Positions 55,914-64,000 of a stretch of 64,000 nt of DNA are shown one piece after another. The notes beneath the pieces were generated by a model. The model worked only from the letters and a program-made list of their open reading frames with translations, made no database searches and was not told the DNA's origin. Origin of the DNA: the human T2T-CHM13v2.0 reference genome, Homo sapiens; the NCBI RefSeq assembly GCF_009914755.1, contig NC_060925.1; one strand, 5' to 3'. The stretch's first letter is position 1, and each line of letters starts with the position of its first letter. A program made the translations under genes and the position numbers.

Positions 55914-57568
55914 GATTATGATGATTTAACAGAAAGTCCTTATTTTATATAGCAAGCACCAATAAGTGAATGAAGTTAGAATGAGTGAATGAATTGGTAA
56001 ATGTATGAATTGGGGAATGGGGCTGAGGGACTTTGACAGTCAGGGCTTTGATTTGGCAGGGCCTGACCCCAAGTATGGACAAAGGGAAGGGTCCTTCTCT
56101 TGTCCTCATCCCCCCAGTCTTGAAAGAATGTCCCCCACCCCAGGAAAAGCTGAGGAGCCACCCTGGTCGGCAGCAGAGTGCCCTGAGTCGGAGGAGCCTG
56201 GGGAGGGGGAGAGGGAGCTTTGGCTCTGGATTGGAGAGAGTCATGGATGTCCTCCCTTCCTGAGGGGACATGGAGAACGGGCAGCTACATGGAGAATGGG
56301 CAGCTGAGCCCAGCTCTGGGGTAATGGGGCGGCTGCCACCGCTACCCCTGCTCAGAAGTTGCTCTGAGGCTCAGCAGGTGCGCTTGGAGGTGATTGCTTC
56401 GGGAAAAGGAGGCTTCTGCCTTCCCTGCCACCACCTTGCCTGGGACAGCACTTGAATAGGAATCAATTTGCATCATTCCCGCTGTCACCAGCCTAAAAGA
56501 CTAAGTAGCTTAAGTAGCTTATTTCTCCCTCTGCAGACCTACTCTCAGAGCATTCCCAGGCTTCACCTCCTCCAGCTGCTTCCCCCGTCCTGGAGTAATG
56601 AGGGGCCCAGAACACCCTTGGCTCAGGTTCAGTAGAGAGACTGACTCCCTGAGCGTTGCCCTCTCACTGCCTGCCCCACCCTCATCCCATTCTGCAGGAC
56701 CCTCTGGTCTTGGGATGTCTCTGGCTTCTGGCTGTGGCATGGATTGGAACCCAGGAGGCTGAAAGCGGATGGAAGCTGCTGCCTCAGGACCCCAAGGACC
56801 CTATAACACTTTTGACCTTCTCAACTGGTTCCCCAGCCCTAAATTACCCCATCCTCTCTCCTGTGTCACACTCCTGTGTCCTGGCCCTCTATCATGGAAT
56901 AGACGGAGCCCCGTTATCATGGAATAACTGGTGCGTGGGGAGGGGCGTTCCCATTAAACTTTGGATAACACTCCACCATTGAGCAGGGTGGGGGTGTGAG
57001 GGAAGCAGTCTGAGATTTTTGAGCCCAGGTAGCTTCGCTGGGTCTCTCCTGGCCTTTGGGGCTGGGAGCAGCAGTTCTTAGTTCCTGGGGCCCTGAGCCT
57101 CCCAAGCATTTTATGAGAAAGGCAGCAGAGTTGGAGGGGGTCAGTACTTGAGGGGCCACTTTCCATCCCCAGCCCTAGAGGCTGAGCACCAGCCCCGGAC
57201 TCCTGTCTCCGTAGGCAGCTGCATCATTGTGGAGGGGGTGCTGAGGCTGAGACCAGTGTCAGACTCCCCCCACCCCAGAGCAAGGGCCTCTGTGCTGGTC
57301 CCAGGGGCTGAGGGGTACTGAGCCCATCTCCTGGATGGACACCTGCTCCCCACTATCCATGCCTGAGCTGTCACTCACCAAGGGAGCCAGGAAGCCTTCC
57401 CTGGAGCCACTGACCTGGGTGGGCACCGAAGGTGAGATTCCACCTGGGCACCCGTGGTGGGGAACTTGAAGGTCAGTCTCTCATGTCTCCACCCTCCTCC
57501 CTTCCGTGGGACCCACAGTCCAGCCAGCGCTGTACCTAAGCTGTGACCAGAACGGCTGAGGGCAGATG

Positions 57569-57571
<3 letters not shown>

Positions 57572-57604
<33 letters not shown>
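57572..57604. repeat. (TG)n microsatellite
   Basis: About 16 TG units. Confidence 0.95.
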
Positions 57605-57608
<4 letters not shown>

Positions 57609-58937
57609 AGACACGTGCGTGCATGCATGCACAGACACCCAAGTGGGGGTTGGGAGGACTGATTCTAGGACCCTGAGATTTTCAAACATGTAAGACTCAA
57701 ATAAAATCTACCACAGTGAGAAGGGTACTGAGCTCATCAGAAATCAGGTTCAAATAAGTCCCTTCACTTCCTTAGCCTCAGTTTTCTTGTCTGCAAATTG
57801 GAAATAATTCCTAGGAGGAGAAAACCTACGCAAAAATGACCTGGAAGCTGGAATTTGCTGCGTGGATGCAACATGATTCAGTCCCACCGCCTCCCCCGCG
57901 ATGAGAGGATTGAGGATGGGAAGAGAAAGGGCTCTGGCTCAGGAACACAAGGGCAGCCTCCACCATCTCCTCACTGTGCCCCTTTCATCTGCTGCTGGTC
58001 TCCTCAGCCCTTCACAGGCCCAGGCAGCAGGGGACGGGGGAGCCCCAAGTTCTCAGAGGGAAAGAGATTTGCCCTAAGGTTCTCTGTTCCTTCCCAGGCA
58101 GTGAGGCTGCGGGTACAGCCCTCTCCCAGAGCTCCATCCCGAGTGCCTCATGGCGGCCCCTCAGCAGGTTTGAGCACGTTTAGCTTCTGATGTATCCTCC
58201 AGCTTCTCTTTGGGCGCTATGGGGCAAAGAAGAGTTTTGCAACATCTCTGGACCCACAGATTGTGGTCTGGGCGGGCTGGGGCTGTAGGAGGGATTGCAG
58301 TCTCCCAAGCCTTCCGCAGAGCTAGGAACTGGCAGGTGACCACCTGCTGTGTCCCAGCAAAGCTGATGGCACCCAGTACATGGCTATTGGCTATTCAGCT
58401 GTTCTTGCCACTTGGCCAGGCCCCTGTGCGTGCTCCCCTCCAAAGACAGCAGGATCCCTGCATGCTGCCCCCTCCAGTTATTCTGCAGAGAGGTGACGGG
58501 GAGCCTCTCCCAGCATCCAGCCCCCCTTGCTCTGCCTCAGTCTGATTCTCTGACTGAGAATCAGAGGCAGAAGATTTAGAGAGCATCTCTTCCCGCTCCC
58601 CATCTGGCAGACGGAGAAACTACCTATCCAGAGATGTTAAGTGACTTGTTCTAGGTCACACAGGCGAGTGGCCAGGCAGGTTCCAACCCCAAGTCCTTGG
58701 GGCCACTTCTGCTGCCCCAGGCACAGATCCCCTGCTTCCTCCACCTCCCTTGCCCCCAAGCTTGAACTTGCAGCAAGATCCCAAGATGAGATGCTGAGAG
58801 AATTGTTTTACATATTTGTTAATCACGTCTCAGAATGAAAAGGGCCCTGAGCTCATCAGCCAGGAAGAAAGCCAATTTGGCTTTCATGGCCGTAGTTATT
58901 GGTCATATATCGTTGGGATCTTTTTATCTTTTATTAA

Positions 58938-59504
<567 letters not shown>

Positions 59505-60180
59505 ATGTTGCTGATTTTATTAAGCTTCCATTGTCTTTTCCTCATTGATGCCAAGGCTGCTTTGTGGGCTCCAGGCTCCAGTGCTGATGGGTCTTGGAGG
59601 TGAGGCCTGAGTTGTGCAGGCAGGGGCAGGAGGTGGCCAGAGAGGGTTAGTCGGGTGGAATTCCTTTTGGCATCAGGGCACGGTGGCTAAAAGGATGGGC
59701 TCTGACATTACCTCCAGAGGCTCCAATCCAGCTCAGCTCTGTAAGCAGCCTTGTAGGGTAGGGGTTGGATCAGACGTGATATAAATAAATAAAGCACCTC
59801 CCATGTGCCAGACACACAGTAGTGCTCAATGGATGGTAAACTCCCCACCTAGTCCCCTTTTAAGGGGCCTGGCAGATAGTAAGCCCTTGGACTTCTAGTT
59901 CCTTTTACTGTCTGGCCCTACCAAGAAGAGCTATTTGGCAGATCTGGGTGTGCTGTTTGTATCCCCCTGTCTGGCTGGCCCAAATGCCATCATTTCTTCC
60001 CTCCCCATGGATGGAGGAAAAGACACCCTGAGGAGTGAGCCTTGGCTAGAGATACAGCAGCCTGAGTCCATACCCCGGACCTCCAGGGACACATGTGAGC
60101 CACGGTGGAGGGATGTGGGGAGGCCAAGGCTAAATCAGTTGCTGGAGGGAGCCACTGGGAACAGGGGAGGATGACCAGGG

Positions 60181-60675
<495 letters not shown>

Positions 60676-60776
60676 TCTTTGGGGCAGAGAATAAAGGAGT
60701 CCGCTCCAGTTGACTTGGGGACCTGCCTACAGCAGGGGCCAGTCCTGGGCTCTGGCTGGCTAAGAAGTTAATAATC

Positions 60777-61129
<353 letters not shown>

Positions 61130-61955
61130 TCACCATCCCCATTTTACAGATTTCCCTCTTGGTGTTAGGGGGTCGGGTTCTGTCCCACTGAGCCCACTAG
61201 AGAGGGGACACCAGAACAGGAAAAGTGATAGTGGCTGTTGTGCCCATGAACGTTGGATCCCTCTGGTGTTGGCTGGGACGTTTCCTCAGGTGATATATTG
61301 ACCCAGGCAAAGCTTGTTTGCCTGATAAATATTGAGCCATTGGGTTTTTCGAGTCAGCGCCCATAGTTTCCTCACCAGCTGTCAGCCCCAGGAGGCCAGT
61401 CATCCTTCATCCACTCCATCTGTGCAGCCTGACCTTCTCTGAGAAATGGGGGGCTTGGACAGGCTCGCCACAGAGCCCCCACCCGATTCCTCTCCCCACC
61501 CCCACCTGGGCTTCTAATAATAAGCCCAGATTTTCTTTGCAGAGAGGAATGGTCATTTGTACCCCCTCTGAATTTCCGGCTGGCAAATTGAGCCAACAAA
61601 GATCGTGTTTCTTAGGGGGCAGCAGGGGTGATGGGGAGTAGAGGTAGGTGCTTGCTTCAGCTGCAGCCACAAAGCCAGGTTTCCCTGGGGCTGGGGCAGG
61701 AGATATGGGGTGATAGATTCAGGATCTTCTTGCTGGGGAAAGAGCTCAGACAAGTGTGGAAAGTCACTCAGCCATACCCCTTCCTCTATGGATCTGGAAG
61801 GCATTCCCTGGCTCTGTTGCCGTGTTCATTTGAGATTCTAGGTAGGACTTGGAACATCTTCAGAGAAGACTCTGGGAGGGCCCTAGGATCCAGCTGCTAG
61901 GATGGGGCTCCCTGCTTCACTCCTACTTTCTCTCTGGGATGCTTCACGGCCCCAT

Positions 61956-62786
61956 TGTATTAGGGTTCTCCAGAAGAAAATAACCAATAGCATATATATA
62001 TCAGAGAGAGATTTATTAGAAGGAATTGGCTTATGTGATTATGGAGGCTGAGAAGCCCCAAGATCTGCAGGCAGCAAGCTGGAGACCCAGGAGAGCTGAT
62101 GGTATAGTTGCAGTTTGAGACTGAAGGCCTGAGAACCAGGAGGGCCAATGGTGTAAGTTCTAGTCTGATAGCTGGCAGGCTGAAGACCCAAGAAGAGCTG
62201 ATATTTCAGCTTGAGTCCAAAGGCCAGAAAAGACCAATGTCCAAGCTCTAGCAGTCAACAAAGACAATTCCCTCTTAGCCTTTTCATTCTATTCAGATCT
62301 TCAACTGATTCGTTGAGGCCCACCCTCATTAGTGAGCACCATCTGCTTTACTCTGTGTACTGATGCTGATCTTATCTGGAGGCTGGGCTTGGTGGCTCAC
62401 TCCTGTAATCCTAGCACTTTGGGAGGCTGAGGTGGGCGGATCACTTGAGGTAGGAGTTCAAGACCAGCCTGGCCAACATGGCGAAACCCCGTCTCTACTA
62501 AAAATACAAAAATTAGCCAGGCATGGTGGCATGCACCTGTAATCCCAGCTACTTGGGAGGCTGAGACAGGAGAATCATTTGAACCTCAGAGGTGGAGGTT
62601 GCAGTGAGCTGAGATCATGCCACCACACTCAAGCCTGGGCGACAGAGCAAGACTCCATCTCAAAAAAAAAAAAATCTTATCTGGAAACACACTCTCTCTC
62701 TCACACACATACCCAGAATCATGTTTGGCCAAATATCTGGGCACCCCATAGTCCAGTCAAGTTGACACATAGAATTAACCATCACA
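61956..62786. mobile_element. MLT2 (ERVL) solo LTR interrupted by AluS (62381-62673)
   Basis: tgtattagggttctcc...aaggaattggcttatgtgattatggaggctgagaag...aagttgacacatagaattaaccatcaca; 5-bp TSD cccat; Alu TSD atcttatctgga. Confidence 0.92.
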
Positions 62787-64000
62787 CCCATGACCCATTG
62801 AAGGGAAAGCCAAGCTTCTGAGGTTGGTGGGAGACTTCCTTTACATCATGCCCTGAGTTGCCACCTGCTGAAAGCAGAATTGCCAGGCCCCGAGTGATCT
62901 GTGGTCTTATGGGGATGGGGCAAACTTGCTAAAAGGCAATGGGTTTCTTCAACAAGTACTGACATATCAGCTCTCAAAGAGCTCATAGGCTACCTGGTAT
63001 GGCCAAAAGAGCCTGGGCTTTAGGATCAATAGACCTGGGGTTCAAACTCCAGTTCTGCCCCTTAGTAGCTGTGTGACCACCAGGGAGTCACTTAACCTCT
63101 CTGATTCTGATTTTGCTTCTGTAAAAAGTGAATGCTCATAATGCCTTCCCTAGCGTCCTTGCAGGGCTGATGTGAGGATGACAGAGGATGGATAAGGAGT
63201 ACTGGCACGTGGTAGATGCAGAGTTAATTATTATGATGGTCTTAATGGGTGTCAGAGTTTCTGCATTGAACTAGCTGGGCTGAACTAGCTGGGCTTTTGA
63301 CTGCACTCCATGTGTGTGATTTTGCCCGTTTCACCACCACATCTCCAGTGCCTCTCCAGCCTCCTGGCCTAGGTGGAGTGTCCAGGTCTCGGGGAAAGGT
63401 TTGGGATTCTGATGACTGGCACATAGCCAGGACATCCGGAGAGCGGTGGATTCTCAGAAGACGGAGTATCAGGACGTAGGACAGTGATGCCTGGGAGGCA
63501 CCAAGGCCTCCTCTTTTCTTTCCTCCCTTCTCTGGAGCTGTTCAACTCAAAATAACTCATTTTGAGCCTCTGCCCAAAACTCTCGACCCAAGGGTAAGAG
63601 AATCAAAGACCTCAAGATGTTCAAGGACCAGAGCTGAACCAGGGAAGGCAAAACATCCTGAGCCAGGAAGAAAAAGCTGATTAGCTCCTAATTGCCGTTA
63701 AATTGTATATACATATACGTAGTTTAAGTCAAATCTCCATGTCTAATGTGATTTTTTTATTACATTTTAATAGTCTGGCTGGTATGGGGGAGTGGAGAAG
63801 GAAGGGTTCTGTCATCCTTTGCCAGAGGAGGGAAGTTATAAAAAGGACCACAGGGAGGCTCTGGCATGGGTTCACATCCCTGGGAGCCCCATCTGCTCTG
63901 GAGAGGAGTGAGGCCTGGCAGGGGCCTGGGGGTGTTTTTGAGGCAACACCACCTCCCACCAAAGCCCCATTCTGTCCAAATGGGGAAGTCCATCTGGCCT

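Noticed and set aside
56269-56305. Micro tandem duplications (19 bp here; 14 bp at ~63267; ~27 bp at ~28724)
   Set aside because: Common slippage events with no shared unit, so not an array.

Overview
Primate, almost certainly human, GC-rich euchromatic DNA. About 47 kb of repeat-rich intergenic sequence (over 20 Alus, many MIR/L2 fragments, MaLR/ERVL solo LTRs, MER5-family elements, an L1M 3' end) is followed by a CpG-island promoter (~47560-49500). The promoter has a TATA-like AATAAAA, an ATG-free first exon ending at a canonical GAG|GTGAGT donor (48314), and a near-perfect REST/RE1 site (49198-49218). The last ~15.7 kb appear to be intron 1 of this + strand, probably neural, gene; I tentatively recall it as DISP3/PTCHD2 but cannot verify this. 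No credible protein-coding exon, tRNA or rRNA was found; the long ORFs reflect repeats or GC content. I cannot support a claim of a new biological system. The best second-look signals are DNA repair and rearrangement scars (an iterative templated insertion copied from 3 kb upstream into an Alu, an Alu-Alu tandem duplication, an inverted ~100 bp duplication), an interstitial telomeric tract inside a palindrome, a minisatellite built from L2 3' ends, three Alus inserted at equivalent MER5A sites, a consensus-like AluYa5 and an intronic MADE1 hairpin. Repeat family calls and boundaries are by eye and approximate.
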